This document shows, one piece after another, positions 11,335-21,904 of a stretch of DNA of 64,000 bases. Made by a program: the position numbers and the translations under genes. The stretch covers positions 384,001 to 448,000 of the forward strand of contig CAXXVS010000002.1 in the NCBI GenBank assembly GCA_963674755.2, written 5' to 3'. Source of the stretch: Desulfobacterales bacterium. Its GTDB lineage: Bacteria > Desulfobacterota > Desulfobacteria > Desulfobacterales > UBA5852. The first letter of the stretch is position 1. Each line of letters starts with the position of its first letter. The notes below the pieces were generated by a model. It was not told the origin of the DNA and did not search any database. It saw only the letters and a list, made by a program, of their open reading frames with translations.

Positions 11335-11817
11335 TTATTCGGTAGTGGTCAGACAGCGCCACACAAGAGCTACCAGAGTCGACAGAACGCATTCGACTTC
11401 CGGAGAAAACACGTCCCCGGGATTGAAACGGGTGCCCGTAAGCGAATACATTTGCGCCGGTGGGAATTTCCCATAGAGCCATCGGCTGAGGGCCAGAAGG
11501 GTGGGGGGCGTCACGGCATGGCCGATGGGGGGAAGCGGGCTCTCCCCCGGAACTAGCGGTATGCATGTCACTTCCCCAGGCCTGCCCTTTAGTCGTGCAT
11601 CCACGAAAACCACCAGTTCAGACCGGCTGATCGGTTCCGCCAGGTCAGGCGTAAGCTGGTGGCACACGACAATCCGAGTGTGCGCGGGGGGCTTTTTTTC
11701 TTCCAGACACCGCCCGATGTGCCACCCCACCCCGTCGTCGCCGCACAACGGATTACCAAAACAGATCACGAGACGCCTTCCGCCTCCTGCCGTCCCGTTT
11801 CTATCGTGAACCGTCAT
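11335..11817 (-). CDS. hoxW: Hydrogenase maturation protease
   Basis: GNPLCGDDGVG, HQLTPDLA, FVDA; last gene of the hox operon. Confidence 0.85.
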   Translation of the reverse strand: MTVHDRNGTAGGGRRLVICFGNPLCGDDGVGWHIGRCLEEKKPPAHTRIVVCHQLTPDLAEPISRSELVVFVDARLKGRPGEVTCIPLVPGESPLPPIGHAVTPPTLLALSRWLYGKFPPAQMYSLTGTRFNPGDVFSPEVECVLSTLVALVWRCLTTTE

Positions 11818-13222
11818 ACAGCGTACGACCCTCCGCGTCCATAATGTGCAGTGTTGCCCAGGGGCGGTCCCAGGCATGGGTCGAGCAGCTCAGACAGGGG
11901 TCGAAAGCACGGATGACCGCCTCGATCCGGTTGAGGGCCCCTTCCGATGGTTCGGGACCCTGGATGACGTGTCGGGCGACCTGCAAGACACCGCGGTTGA
12001 TGGCCAGGTTGTTGTGGCCGGTGGCCACGATCAGATTGACCCAGGTGATCAGGCCCAGATCGTCCACCCGGTAGTGATGGATGAGGGTGCCCCGGGGGGC
12101 TTCGGTGACCCCGATGCCTTCGCCGTAGTTGGGTTCGGCCAGGGCGCGGACCCGCCGGTTGGTAATCCGGGGATCCTGCAGAAGCCGATCCACCGTCTCC
12201 AAGGCATACAGGATTTCCACGAGGCGGGCGTAGTGATTGAAAAAAGCGCTCAGCACCGCCCCGCGCGCCAGGGCGCGGAACTCGGCCCACTCCTGGTCGG
12301 CCAGGGGGGTTCCGCAGCCGTTGCAGACATTGAGGCGCGCGGCCGGCCCCACCCGGTAGATGCCCTCGGGGTAGCCCATCGACCGGTAATAGGGGGATTT
12401 CAGATAGGACCAGGGCTCCACATGCTCTTCCATAAAATCCCCATAGGTTTCGGGGGCAATTTGATCGACCAGGATATTGCCACGGGCATCCGTGAAGCGC
12501 AGGCACCCGTCCAGATGTTCGAGGGTTCCGTCCGGCGCCACCAAGCCCAGGAAAAGGGAAGGGAAGTTGGCAAAGGTACGGATTTCCTCCCGATAGTCTT
12601 CGAAGCGGCGTTTGAACCAGACCACATTGCGCTGGGTGATGGTGATGGCTTCCGGTATGAGAGCGAGCATGGCCTGACGCCGGGGTTCGTCCAGGGGCGT
12701 ACTTACACCGCCGGGCACCACCCAGGCCGGATGAATGCGTTTGCCGGCCAGGGCGGCGATCATGATCTGTCCGATCTGCCGCAGGCGGATGCCGTCGCGC
12801 GCCACAGCGGGGTGATCCTGCAGGAGGCCGAGCACATTGCGGCGTGCCGGATCGGCGTCCAGGCCGAAAATCAGATCCGGGGAGGAAAGATGGAAGAAGC
12901 TCAAGGCATGGGACTGGATCAGCTGGGCACAATTGAGCAGCCGTCGCAAATCCTGACCCGTCCGGGGGACCCGGACGCCCAGAATGGCATCGCAGGCTTT
13001 TGCTGAAGCCAGGGAATGGCTTATGGGGCAGATGCCGCAGATGCGTTCCACCAGGGAGGGCATTTCATAGAAGGGACGCCCCTCGCAGAACTTTTCAAAC
13101 CCCCGGAACTGGGTAACCTGAAAGCGGGCATCGGCGACTTTGCCGGCTTCGTCCAGCTGAATGGTGATTTTACCATGCCCCTCGATGCGGGTGACAGGAT
13201 CGATAACGATGGTCGATGCCAT
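11801..13222 (-). CDS. hoxH: Bidirectional [NiFe] hydrogenase large subunit (group 3d)
   Basis: [11 protein letters not shown]1 [11 protein letters not shown]2 [10 protein letters not shown] plus cleavable C-terminal tail. Confidence 0.95.
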   Translation of the reverse strand: MASTIVIDPVTRIEGHGKITIQLDEAGKVADARFQVTQFRGFEKFCEGRPFYEMPSLVERICGICPISHSLASAKACDAILGVRVPRTGQDLRRLLNCAQLIQSHALSFFHLSSPDLIFGLDADPARRNVLGLLQDHPAVARDGIRLRQIGQIMIAALAGKRIHPAWVVPGGVSTPLDEPRRQAMLALIPEAITITQRNVVWFKRRFEDYREEIRTFANFPSLFLGLVAPDGTLEHLDGCLRFTDARGNILVDQIAPETYGDFMEEHVEPWSYLKSPYYRSMGYPEGIYRVGPAARLNVCNGCGTPLADQEWAEFRALARGAVLSAFFNHYARLVEILYALETVDRLLQDPRITNRRVRALAEPNYGEGIGVTEAPRGTLIHHYRVDDLGLITWVNLIVATGHNNLAINRGVLQVARHVIQGPEPSEGALNRIEAVIRAFDPCLSCSTHAWDRPWATLHIMDAEGRTLYDGSR

Positions 13223-13258
13223 GGTGCAACCTCCCCGGTATGGATCCCCAAACGGTTG

Positions 13259-13792
13259 TCAGGCGCCGAAACGGCTGTGGCCCGTCAGGTCCGGCAGATG
13301 CCCCTCCAGAAGCGAAGACAGCAGAAAGAAAATGGCCTCGGCCGGCGGTGGACAGCCCGGCAAAAAGGCGTCTACCTTGACATGGGCATGGACCGGCCGG
13401 ACCTGGCGCAGCAGCGCCGGGAGATCTTCACCGGGCGGCCCCGGCGACTCCCGGACGTTTTCCATGTAGGCGCGAGCCAGCACTTCCCCCCGGTCGAAAC
13501 GATTGCGCATGCCCGATACATTGGCGGTCACCGCGCAATCCCCGAGGGCCACCAGGAGGCGGGAACAGGACCGCAGATGAAGCAGTTTCTCCCGGTCGGC
13601 CGTGGTGGCCACGGCCCCCTCCACCAGCAGGACGTCGATTTGCGCGGGCACGTCATGGACATCCACCAACGGGCTGTAAACCAGATCGATCTGCCCGGCA
13701 ATGTCGGCCAGGCGATCATCGATATCCAGCAAGGACATGTGGCAGCCCGAGCATCCGTCGAGCCAAACGGTCGCCAGACGCACTTTTTCCAT
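13259..13792 (-). CDS. hoxY: Bidirectional hydrogenase small subunit
   Basis: WLDGCSGCHMS, GDCAV, PGCPP; short single-cluster form. Confidence 0.93.
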   Translation of the reverse strand: MEKVRLATVWLDGCSGCHMSLLDIDDRLADIAGQIDLVYSPLVDVHDVPAQIDVLLVEGAVATTADREKLLHLRSCSRLLVALGDCAVTANVSGMRNRFDRGEVLARAYMENVRESPGPPGEDLPALLRQVRPVHAHVKVDAFLPGCPPPAEAIFFLLSSLLEGHLPDLTGHSRFGA

Positions 13793-13819
13793 GACGCTCC
13801 CCTTTACGTTATGGATCCA

Positions 13820-14584
13820 TCAGTGGAGTTCCTCCCGCCGCATGAGATGCAGATAGGGCAGGAAATCCCGGCGTTTTTTCATTTCCGCTACCGAGCGGCC
13901 TTTTTCCGTCAGGGCACCGGTGGGGCAGACTTCCACACATTTGCCGCAGCCGGTGCAGGTTTCGGAAGACCCCCAGGGCTGGTTCATATCGGTAATGACC
14001 TGGGCCGTGATGCCGCGCCGCATGATATCCCAGGTATGGGCCCCCTCGATCTCGTCGCAGACGCGTACACAGCGCAGGCAGAGCACACAGCGGTTGTGGT
14101 CGACCGAAAAACGGGGATGGGAGGCGTCCACCGTATGGCGGGCATTCCGGTAGGCATAGCGCACATGGGTCATCCCGAGCTGAGTGGCCAGGTCCTGGAG
14201 GTCGCAGTGGCCGTTGGAAACGCAGACCGAACAGACATGGTTGCGCTCGCTGAAAATGAGTTCCAGGATTTGGCGGCGGTAGTCGCGCACCCGTTCGGTG
14301 GCGGTAAAGACCTCCATCCCTTCGCGCACGAGGGTGACGCAGGCGGCAGCCAGGCGCGCCATGCCCTTGATTTCCACCAGGCACAGGCGGCAGGCGCCGC
14401 GTTCGGACAGGCCTTCCAGATGGCAGAGGGTCGGTATCGTGATGCCGTTCTGGCGCGCCACAGATAAGATGGTTTCATCTTCCCGGGCCGTCACGTCGCC
14501 TTCGTCGATCTTGAGGGTCAGCAGACGCCGGGGATTGACGTCGGTCCGGGGGCGCTGAGCCGGGGGGCGGTCGATGATCGTCAT
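13820..14584 (-). CDS. hoxU: Diaphorase Fe-S subunit (NuoG N-terminal-like)
   Basis: [56 protein letters not shown] before ATG 14584. Confidence 0.93.
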   Translation of the reverse strand: MTIIDRPPAQRPRTDVNPRRLLTLKIDEGDVTAREDETILSVARQNGITIPTLCHLEGLSERGACRLCLVEIKGMARLAAACVTLVREGMEVFTATERVRDYRRQILELIFSERNHVCSVCVSNGHCDLQDLATQLGMTHVRYAYRNARHTVDASHPRFSVDHNRCVLCLRCVRVCDEIEGAHTWDIMRRGITAQVITDMNQPWGSSETCTGCGKCVEVCPTGALTEKGRSVAEMKKRRDFLPYLHLMRREELH

Positions 14585-16233
14585 AGGACCTCCTCGAGGT
14601 CGGCCATGCGGCAGGCACCAGCCGGACAGACGCGCTCCGTGATGTGGGCGGTGTACTCGTCCTTGAAGTAGCGCAGCGTACTGAGCACCGGATTGGGAGC
14701 GGTCTGGCCCAGTCCGCACAAGCTTGTGTGCCGCACGAGGTCGCAAAGCTCTTCCAAAAGAGCAAGATCTTCGGGGCGGGCTTCGCCCCGGGTGATGCTG
14801 TCGAGCAGATGGTAGATCTGGGCGGTTCCCACCCGGCAGGGCGCGCATTTGCCGCATGATTCGGACATGCAGAATTCGATGAAGAATTTGGCCACGTCCA
14901 CCATGCAGGAGGTTTCGTCCATGACGATCATGCCCCCGGATCCCATGATGGAGCCCACCTGGGCCAGGGATTCATAATCCACCGGCATGTCGATGTAGTC
15001 TTCGGGGATGCAGCCTCCGGACGGTCCGCCCGTTTGGACCGCCTTGAAGCGGCGCCCCTCGGGGATTCCGCCGCCGATGTCGAACACGATTTCCCGCAGG
15101 GAAGTCCCCATGGGGACTTCGATCAGCCCGGTATTGCAGACCCGGCCGGCCAGGGCGAACACCTTGGTGCCCTTGCTCTTGGCCGTTCCGATGCCGGCAA
15201 ACCACTGGCCGCCCCTGAGAATGATCGTGCGGATGTTGGCAAAGGTCTCCACGTTGTTGATCAGGGTGGGGCAGCCCCACAGGCCGAACTCGGCCGGAAA
15301 GGGCGGCCGCGGCCGCGGACGGCCCAGGCGCCCCTCGATGGACGCGATCAGCGCGGTCTCTTCACCGCACACAAAGGCGCCCGCCCCCAGCCGGATCTTG
15401 ACCTCAAAGCTGAAGGGCGTGTTGAAGATCTCCTTGCCCAGCAGACCCAGCCGTTCCGCCTGGGCGATGGCGGTCCGCAGCCGTTTGACCGCCAGGGGAT
15501 ATTCGGCGCGCACGTAAATGTAGCCCTTGCTGGCGCCGACCGCATAGCCTGCGATGGCCATGCCCTCGAGGACCCGCTGGGGATCGCTTTCAAGCACGCT
15601 GCGGTCCATGAACGCCCCAGGATCCCCCTCGTCGGCGTTGCAGATGACATACTTTTCGCCGTCCATGGCCTTGGCCACGGCCGTCCACTTAAGACCCGTG
15701 GGATAGCCTGCCCCGCCGCGGCCCCGCAGGCCGCTGGTGACGATCTGATCGATGACCTCGCGCGGGGTCATTTCCCGCAGGGCCTGATAGAGGGCGGCAT
15801 AACCCTCGGCCGCGATATAGTCCTCGATGCGCTCCGGATCGATGCGGCCGCAGTTTTCCAGCACGATCTTCTGCTGCCGTTTAAAGAAATAGGCCTGGTC
15901 GCCGGCGTCGATGCGGGGAACCGGACTGCCGCCCAGGGCATCCAGAATGTCGCCCACATCCGCCACCTGGACGCTGTGGTAGAGAATGTTCGCCGGTTCG
16001 ATTGCGATCAGGGGGCCGCCTTTGCAAAGGCCCAAACAGCCGACGCCTTTGACCTGGCACCAATGTTCGATGCCGCGGCGGCTGATCTCCTTCTGGAAGG
16101 CCTCCATGACCGCTCCGCTCTGGCAGGAGAGGCAGCCGGCCGCAAGGCACACGTTGATGCGATGGGCATAGCCCTGTTGGCGGTCCTGCTCGATCCGGGC
16201 GATGCTGTCCAGTTCTTCAAGGGTCATCGTCAT
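14581..16233 (-). CDS. hoxF: Diaphorase FMN/NAD-binding subunit (NuoF-like)
   Basis: [41 protein letters not shown]-terminal 2Fe-2S Trx-like domain. Confidence 0.94.
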   Translation of the reverse strand: MTMTLEELDSIARIEQDRQQGYAHRINVCLAAGCLSCQSGAVMEAFQKEISRRGIEHWCQVKGVGCLGLCKGGPLIAIEPANILYHSVQVADVGDILDALGGSPVPRIDAGDQAYFFKRQQKIVLENCGRIDPERIEDYIAAEGYAALYQALREMTPREVIDQIVTSGLRGRGGAGYPTGLKWTAVAKAMDGEKYVICNADEGDPGAFMDRSVLESDPQRVLEGMAIAGYAVGASKGYIYVRAEYPLAVKRLRTAIAQAERLGLLGKEIFNTPFSFEVKIRLGAGAFVCGEETALIASIEGRLGRPRPRPPFPAEFGLWGCPTLINNVETFANIRTIILRGGQWFAGIGTAKSKGTKVFALAGRVCNTGLIEVPMGTSLREIVFDIGGGIPEGRRFKAVQTGGPSGGCIPEDYIDMPVDYESLAQVGSIMGSGGMIVMDETSCMVDVAKFFIEFCMSESCGKCAPCRVGTAQIYHLLDSITRGEARPEDLALLEELCDLVRHTSLCGLGQTAPNPVLSTLRYFKDEYTAHITERVCPAGACRMADLEEVL

Positions 16234-16738
16234 GGCGGGTCCACCTCCCCAGTTTTTCCAATACCCCCTCGGGTGAGAGCTTGCCGGCCACCTCACCGTC
16301 GAACACCCCGGCCGGCGCCAGGCCGCAGGAGCCCAGGCAACGGGCCGTCACCAGGGACAGCCGATTGTCGGCGGTGGTCTCGCCCGGGGTGACATGATAG
16401 GTTTCCTGGACCTTTTCCAGAATGCCGGATGCGCCGCCGATGTAGCAGGCGGTTCCCATACAGATGACGCAGGTGTGGTCACCGGGCGGTTTCATGGAAA
16501 AGTAGTGGTAAAAGGTGGCCACTGCATAGACGCGGCTTAGCGGCACCTGCAATTGGGCGGCGACATAGCGCAGGGAATCCAGGTCCAGATAGCCGAAGCT
16601 TTCCTGTACGGCATGCAGGGTTTCGATCAAGGCATGGGGTTTGTGGCCATGGAGACGCATGGTGCGGTTGACCGTGCGCCACCGTCGATCCTCGGTGGGC
16701 TGGGGGGACGGGGCCGGCGGACTACTGGCAGTTGGCAT
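16217..16738 (-). CDS. hoxE: Diaphorase 2Fe-2S subunit (NuoE-like)
   Basis: [34 protein letters not shown] before ATG 16738. Confidence 0.93.
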   Translation of the reverse strand: MPTASSPPAPSPQPTEDRRWRTVNRTMRLHGHKPHALIETLHAVQESFGYLDLDSLRYVAAQLQVPLSRVYAVATFYHYFSMKPPGDHTCVICMGTACYIGGASGILEKVQETYHVTPGETTADNRLSLVTARCLGSCGLAPAGVFDGEVAGKLSPEGVLEKLGRWTRHDDDP

Positions 16739-16853
16739 GATGGTTTCCTTCCCGGAGTCGTCCATAGGTGAGGCCGCTTTTGGCCAACGGTTCGGTGGCG
16801 AACCATGGGGTTTTCCGGACAAACGCGCTGTGATGCCTGCCGCCTTTTAGTTA

Positions 16854-16869
16854 AGCAATTTCCATTCCA
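16854..16869 (-). promoter_or_regulatory. sigma54 (-24/-12) promoter of the hox operon
   Basis: Minus strand TGGAATGGAAATTGCT, GG-N10-GC spacing, about 115 bp upstream of hoxE. Confidence 0.65.
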
Positions 16870-17141
16870 AGAGAGACTCCCTTGCGCAAACACTGCTCTT
16901 GAAAATCCCGCCGGTAACCGCATCGTTTGCGCGCTCTATGGTAAACAGGGAACCAAACCCACGCGCCGATGTTCTTATCGGACTGATTTTATTTGGTAAG
17001 CCGATTGGAAGGTAGCTCCGCTCGGGATTAACAATGTGATGCGATCAGTGGCGAAGATAGGAGGCTTGGCTCCAGGCCGAGGGTGGTTGCCGCCCTGGCG
17101 AACAGGTGGATCATGCCGGGCGATCTTGTCCATGGGGAAGA

Positions 17142-17183
17142 AATTCGCAATTTTTAAATGTTCACTTAGAAAAATTGCGAATT
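17142..17183. promoter_or_regulatory. Inverted repeat / tandem enhancer sites (TTCGCA-N4-TGCGAA class)
   Basis: Perfect 14-bp inverted repeat AATTCGCAATTTTT...AAAAATTGCGAATT; also reads as two degenerate 16-mers 22 bp apart; could instead act as a terminator. Confidence 0.55.
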
Positions 17184-17217
17184 CCCGGCCCATGGCAATC
17201 CAATGCAAGGGGGGCGC

Positions 17218-17709
17218 TCAAAGGTAGGATTTGATTGCCGTGATGGTCTCTTCAGGGGTTGCTGTTTTTTTAAGCCGGCCCTGGGCTTGATATTTTGCGA
17301 AAAGATCGCCTGCTTCCATGCCCATCAGAACGACCGGTCGTCCATGTTTCAGCGCCAGGGCGATTTCCGATAAGGTACCTGCGCCGCCGGGGCAGGCCAC
17401 CATGACATGGCTGGACAGGGCATTGATATAATTGCGGGCGCTGCCCATACCCGTCAGGATGGGGATCTGGATGTAGGGGGACATGTGGCGGGTATCTGCA
17501 TCGGGCAGGATACCCACAGTAAGACCGCCCTGTTCGCAGGCCCCCCGGGCCGAGGCCTCCATGATACCGGCCCGGCGGCCGCCGTTTAACAGTATCCAGC
17601 CTTCGGCCGCGATGAGTCGGCCCAGCCGGTAGGCCCTTTCCGCCTGGGCCGCATCGGCACTTCCGCCGCCCATGACGCCGACGATGACGCGTTTGCCAAG
17701 AGTTGCCAT
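17218..17709 (-). CDS. TIGR00725/LOG-family Rossmann-fold protein
   Basis: NGGRRAGIMEA, VGILP, TGMGSARN, PGGAGTLSEIALA. Confidence 0.85.
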   Translation of the reverse strand: MATLGKRVIVGVMGGGSADAAQAERAYRLGRLIAAEGWILLNGGRRAGIMEASARGACEQGGLTVGILPDADTRHMSPYIQIPILTGMGSARNYINALSSHVMVACPGGAGTLSEIALALKHGRPVVLMGMEAGDLFAKYQAQGRLKKTATPEETITAIKSYL

Positions 17710-18041
17710 TTCAGGTTCTCGCTTTAGTATTATAGAGTAGGCTCCATCCCGAGATGGCATTTGGGGGCCCCGGACGGCGTCCCCGGTCATTGGACCGGAA
17801 CCCAAAGCGACCATCTCTGGACAAGCACTCGGTTAGGGGCTGATGGGTACTGCCTTCCTTGATATCGATGCCCAAGATGCGGAGGCCTGCCCGCTGAGAA
17901 ATGGATTTGTAACGTTTTAGCGAAGGGCGTATCCCTTATACCAGTCACAACGGACGATCACAATGGCTGGCGATAATGGCAGGCCAGCCTTAAACGAGGG
18001 GAACCGCCCCTAGCGACATCATGCACGAAGGAGGATGGATC

Positions 18042-19676
18042 ATGGAGATGGCAGATATGGAAGCTCACGCAGCACCGGAACGGGCCGACGGGCAAGCCTT
18101 TCTCAATCAGCTCAAAGCGACTTTCGCCAAGATGCCCAACGACATCCCACTGCTCCTTTTCACGGAAAAAGGACGGGAGGACGTGTTTGCCCAGGCCAAC
18201 CGCCAGGTCATCCGCGCCTTCCGAGAACTGACCGATAAGATTACCCTGCGCGAATACGATCTCAACCACGATCTGGCGCGCCAATACAATGTCAGCGTTG
18301 CCCCGACCCTGGTCATCGCTCCGGACCGCTATCATATCCAGTGGATCGGTGCCCCCATGGGGGAGGAGGCGCGCACCTTCCTGGAGTTGCTCATGCTGGT
18401 GGGCTCCGGCAACAGCAATGCCAGTGATCAATCCCTGAAGGTTCTCGATCGGATCGAGGACCCCCGACAGGTCAAGGTGTTTATCAGCCCCAGTTGCCCC
18501 TACTGCCCCCAGCAGGCCGTCAACGGCGTCAAAGCCGCCGTGGCGCGTCCGGATCTGGTATCCCTCGAACTCGTCGATATCCAGTGCCGGCCGGACATCG
18601 CCCAGCAATACGGGGCCCACAGCGTTCCCATGGCGTTTGCCAATGAAACCCTGATCGGACAGGGGGCCCAGGCCGAAGAAGTCTTCATGAGCTCGCTGCA
18701 GAAGCTGGAACCCCAGACGATTTTCATCCCTGATGTGGATGCCGAAGTGGTGGAAACCGACCTCACCATTATCGGTGGAGGCCCTGCCGGAATAACAGCC
18801 GCCATCTATGCCGTGCGCAGCGGTCTTAAAACCGCGCTGGTGGAAGCCGAAGCCCTGGGGGGACAGGTGGCGACCACGCCTATCGTGGAAAATTATCCCG
18901 GCTTCACCCAGGTAGGCGGCAAAACCCTGGTGGACATTATGGTCAATCACGCTCTGGAGTATGTCCAAATCTTTCAAGGGGAAAAAGTCGTCGATATCAA
19001 GCCGGGCACGCCTCACGAAGTCGTGACCACCCGGCGCCGCTTCCTTACCAAAACCATCCTGCTGGCTACGGGCGCCAACCACCGCAAGCTCGGCGTACCC
19101 GGAGAGAATCGCCTGAGCGGTCGTGGCGTCAGTTATTGCGCCACCTGCGACGGCCCGCTGTTCCGTGATAAGAAGGTCATCATGATAGGAGGCGGCAACA
19201 GCGCCGTGACCGAGGCCCTCCATCTCCACCACATGGGCGCGGCGGTCACCCTCGTACACCGCCGCGACAAGTTGCGGGCCCAGGAATTCCTCGTCAAGAA
19301 TATCGAGGAGGCCGGGATTCCTGTCTTGTGGAACACCGAAGTCAAGGAGATCCTGGGCGATGAACGTGTTTCGGCGGTTGAGCTTGTCAACAACCAAACC
19401 CAGGAAACTTCGACGCTCCCCGTTGATGGTGTCTTCTTGTCCATCGGCTATACGCCGGCCGTGGCGTTGGCCAAGAAGATCGGGGTGGAACTCACCGAAG
19501 AGGGCTACATCGCCCGGGATGCCAAGCATCGCACCAATGTACCGGGAATCTACGCCGCCGGCGACGTGGAAGGCGGCTACAAGCAGATCGTCACCGCCAC
19601 CGGCATGGGGGCCGAAGCCGCCATGACCATTTTCGAAGACATTATCAATCCCTATTGGCACGCGTCCTCTTCCTGA
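18042..19676 (+). CDS. Thioredoxin reductase fused to N-terminal tandem thioredoxin folds (AhpF/PDO-like)
   Basis: CPYC in N-terminal domain; GGGPAG, SYCATCDG, GGGNSA, HRRDKLRA, YAAGDV; start uncertain (18021-18057). Confidence 0.9.
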   Translation: MEMADMEAHAAPERADGQAFLNQLKATFAKMPNDIPLLLFTEKGREDVFAQANRQVIRAFRELTDKITLREYDLNHDLARQYNVSVAPTLVIAPDRYHIQWIGAPMGEEARTFLELLMLVGSGNSNASDQSLKVLDRIEDPRQVKVFISPSCPYCPQQAVNGVKAAVARPDLVSLELVDIQCRPDIAQQYGAHSVPMAFANETLIGQGAQAEEVFMSSLQKLEPQTIFIPDVDAEVVETDLTIIGGGPAGITAAIYAVRSGLKTALVEAEALGGQVATTPIVENYPGFTQVGGKTLVDIMVNHALEYVQIFQGEKVVDIKPGTPHEVVTTRRRFLTKTILLATGANHRKLGVPGENRLSGRGVSYCATCDGPLFRDKKVIMIGGGNSAVTEALHLHHMGAAVTLVHRRDKLRAQEFLVKNIEEAGIPVLWNTEVKEILGDERVSAVELVNNQTQETSTLPVDGVFLSIGYTPAVALAKKIGVELTEEGYIARDAKHRTNVPGIYAAGDVEGGYKQIVTATGMGAEAAMTIFEDIINPYWHASSS

Positions 19677-19844
19677 CCCCGCCTGCCTTTTGCAATGCCG
19701 GCCGCGATCCGGGCAATCGGGTTGCGGCTGGACTTTTTTGACCTCCCATGGCAAATTCGAGGCAAGGGGAATGCGACCGGTTGTAACTACCGGTCCGTTT
19801 TATGGGGGAGAGCCCCACCACCGCTTTGCCAGGGAGGATGAAAC

Positions 19845-21671
19845 GTGCAAAAAGGCTGGCCTGCCCACCTCGTTTGGATCCTGATGGCGCTCCTGCTGAT
19901 GGTCGCACCGGCCGCCGCTGCCGACGGCAGCGAGCCTTCTGCAACGACTCCCGCCATCGATTTTCCGCGAAGCCTTGACAGCTACGACGACCCGGCCGAC
20001 GCCAGCCTTGGAGCGATTCTGGAGCATCGTATTAAGGTGGCGCCTTTCAACCTTGTGGCCACTTTGATCTTTTTTGCCGCCATATTGCATACCTTCCTCA
20101 CCAGCCGTTTCATGGCAATTGCCCACCGCTGGTCCCATCAGCATCAGGAAAAACAGGCGCAGGGTCTCGCCCCAAGGCATTCCGTGCATATCGGTGCCGA
20201 ACTGTTCCACTTTCTGGGGGAGATCGAAGTGGTCTTCGGTCTCTGGGCGGCCGTGTTGACCCTGGCCATTTTTATCTTCTATGACTGGGGCACCCTTCAC
20301 GATTACATCACCCGCCGGGTCAATTTTACCGAACCCATGTTTGTCGTGGTGATCATGACCCTGGCGGCCACCCGTCCCATTCTGAAACTGACTGAATCCA
20401 TCCTGTCGCTTATGGCCCGCCTTCTGGGGGGATCGCTCAAGGCCTGGTGGGTGACGCTCCTGACCGTGGGGCCCCTGCTGGGCTCCCTGATCACGGAGCC
20501 GGCGGCCATGACCATCACGGCCCTGCTGCTGGCCCGCAAATTCTACGATCTCGAACCTTCCAACCCGTTAAAGTACAGCACCTTGGGGCTGCTCTTCGTC
20601 AACGTTTCGGTGGGGGGGACCTTGTCCCATTTCGCTGCGCCCCCCGTCCTCATGGTGGCCGGGCCCTGGAACTGGGACATGCTCCACATGATTACCCATT
20701 TCGGCTGGAAGGCGGTCCTGGGCATCCTGATTTCCAACGGTCTTTATTTTTTAGTGTTCCGGCGCGAGCTGAGCTCGCTCGAGAAAACCTTCGCCATGGT
20801 CAGCCTCAAGGACGAGATCCAGCGCACGTATGTCAAGCGGGAAGAAATCGAACCGGAATTCGATCGCATGGGGGCTGCTCTCAGTAAAGAACTGGGCTTC
20901 GGCGCGGCGGTGGAGCGCCGCTATGCCGCCTTGAAGCGGGAGGTCTTAAAGAAGCTGCGGCACAAATACGATGACGACATGCGTGCCCGCAACATAGACC
21001 CGCAACTGGCCCAGGCCGCCTTCGACATGCGCTTCGAAGAGGTCAAACGCCAGAACCTGCGGCGCACCTTTCCCGGCCTGCTGCCCAAGGAGCAACGCCC
21101 CAACTACCTGGACCCGGAGTGGGACAACCGGGATGATCCGGTGCCCGCCTGGGTCATCGTCATCCATGTCCTGTTCATGACCTGGACCATCGTGAACGCC
21201 CACGCCCCGGCCTTTTTTATCCCCGGTGTCCTGTTCTTCCTGGGATTTTCCCAGGTGAGCGCGCCTTTTCAGAACCGGATCGATCTCAAACCACCCCTCC
21301 TGGTGGGGTTTTTCCTGGGTGGGCTGGTCATCCACGGGGGGGTGCAGGGATGGTGGATCGCGCCGGTTCTGGGCACTCTGGCGGAGATCCCCCTGATGCT
21401 GGGGGCCACCGTGTTGACCGCCTTCAACGACAACGCCGCCATCACCTATTTGAGCACCCTGGTGCCGGATTTGACCGATGCCCTGAAGTATGCCGTAGTG
21501 GCAGGGGCGGTCGCCGGCGGCGGCCTGACGATCATCGCCAACGCCCCCAACCCGGCGGGGCAGAGCATCCTCAAGAAGTATTTTCACAACGGCATCTCCC
21601 CCATCATGCTGTTGGCGGCCGCTCTAATCCCCACCTTGATCATGCTGGCATGCTTTATCCTGTTCCGTTAG
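19845..21671 (+). CDS. Putative Na+/H+ antiporter (DUF1504-like ion transporter superfamily)
   Basis: Multi-TM; HFLGEIEVVFGLW, ITEPAAMT, NVSVGG.LSHFAAPP, DNAAITYL, GGGLTIIANAPNPAG. Confidence 0.75.
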   Translation: MQKGWPAHLVWILMALLLMVAPAAAADGSEPSATTPAIDFPRSLDSYDDPADASLGAILEHRIKVAPFNLVATLIFFAAILHTFLTSRFMAIAHRWSHQHQEKQAQGLAPRHSVHIGAELFHFLGEIEVVFGLWAAVLTLAIFIFYDWGTLHDYITRRVNFTEPMFVVVIMTLAATRPILKLTESILSLMARLLGGSLKAWWVTLLTVGPLLGSLITEPAAMTITALLLARKFYDLEPSNPLKYSTLGLLFVNVSVGGTLSHFAAPPVLMVAGPWNWDMLHMITHFGWKAVLGILISNGLYFLVFRRELSSLEKTFAMVSLKDEIQRTYVKREEIEPEFDRMGAALSKELGFGAAVERRYAALKREVLKKLRHKYDDDMRARNIDPQLAQAAFDMRFEEVKRQNLRRTFPGLLPKEQRPNYLDPEWDNRDDPVPAWVIVIHVLFMTWTIVNAHAPAFFIPGVLFFLGFSQVSAPFQNRIDLKPPLLVGFFLGGLVIHGGVQGWWIAPVLGTLAEIPLMLGATVLTAFNDNAAITYLSTLVPDLTDALKYAVVAGAVAGGGLTIIANAPNPAGQSILKKYFHNGISPIMLLAAALIPTLIMLACFILFR

Positions 21672-21689
21672 CGGTTTGGAATTGCCAAC

Positions 21690-21706
21690 TGTAAAAAAAT
21701 CTGACA
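21690..21706. promoter_or_regulatory. Putative enhancer site, TGT-N11-ACA class
   Basis: TGTAAAAAAATCTGACA, 113 bp upstream of the promoter at 21803. Confidence 0.65.
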
Positions 21707-21802
21707 CCTTAATGAAGCGTTTTGGTTGTCGCTCCCGGCGGCCGTCTTAGCAAGATCGCGTGATTGCGGTTCAGGAGACGATTCGCCGGGCGGATTCAGT
21801 TC

Positions 21803-21818
21803 TGGCACGCGGTTTGCT
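21803..21818 (+). promoter_or_regulatory. sigma54 promoter
   Basis: TGGCACGCGGTTTGCT, near-perfect consensus. Confidence 0.85.
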
Positions 21819-21904
21819 CGTATCCACACCGGAACCTCGGCATCCGCTGGGAAAAACTGCTGTTAACGTCAACGTGTCTCCCGCTCATGGCCATCAACTT
21901 ACCC

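Noticed and set aside
11801..13222. Possible [NiFeSe] hydrogenase or other selenoprotein
   Set aside because: L2 motif is DPCLSC with ordinary Cys; no in-frame TGA read-through candidate noticed
11846..16392. Long plus-strand ORFs of 386, 483 and 452 aa
   Set aside because: Antisense to well-supported hox genes
13820..16738. nuoEFG of respiratory complex I
   Set aside because: Directly followed by hoxY/hoxH, with no membrane nuo subunits
17958..19754. 598-aa minus-strand ORF
   Set aside because: Mirrors the TrxB fusion gene; no motifs of its own
21764..21886. Longer N-terminus for the first kinase (likewise 24977, 45230 and 57517 for other genes)
   Set aside because: These starts overlap or precede sigma54 promoters, or lack an RBS
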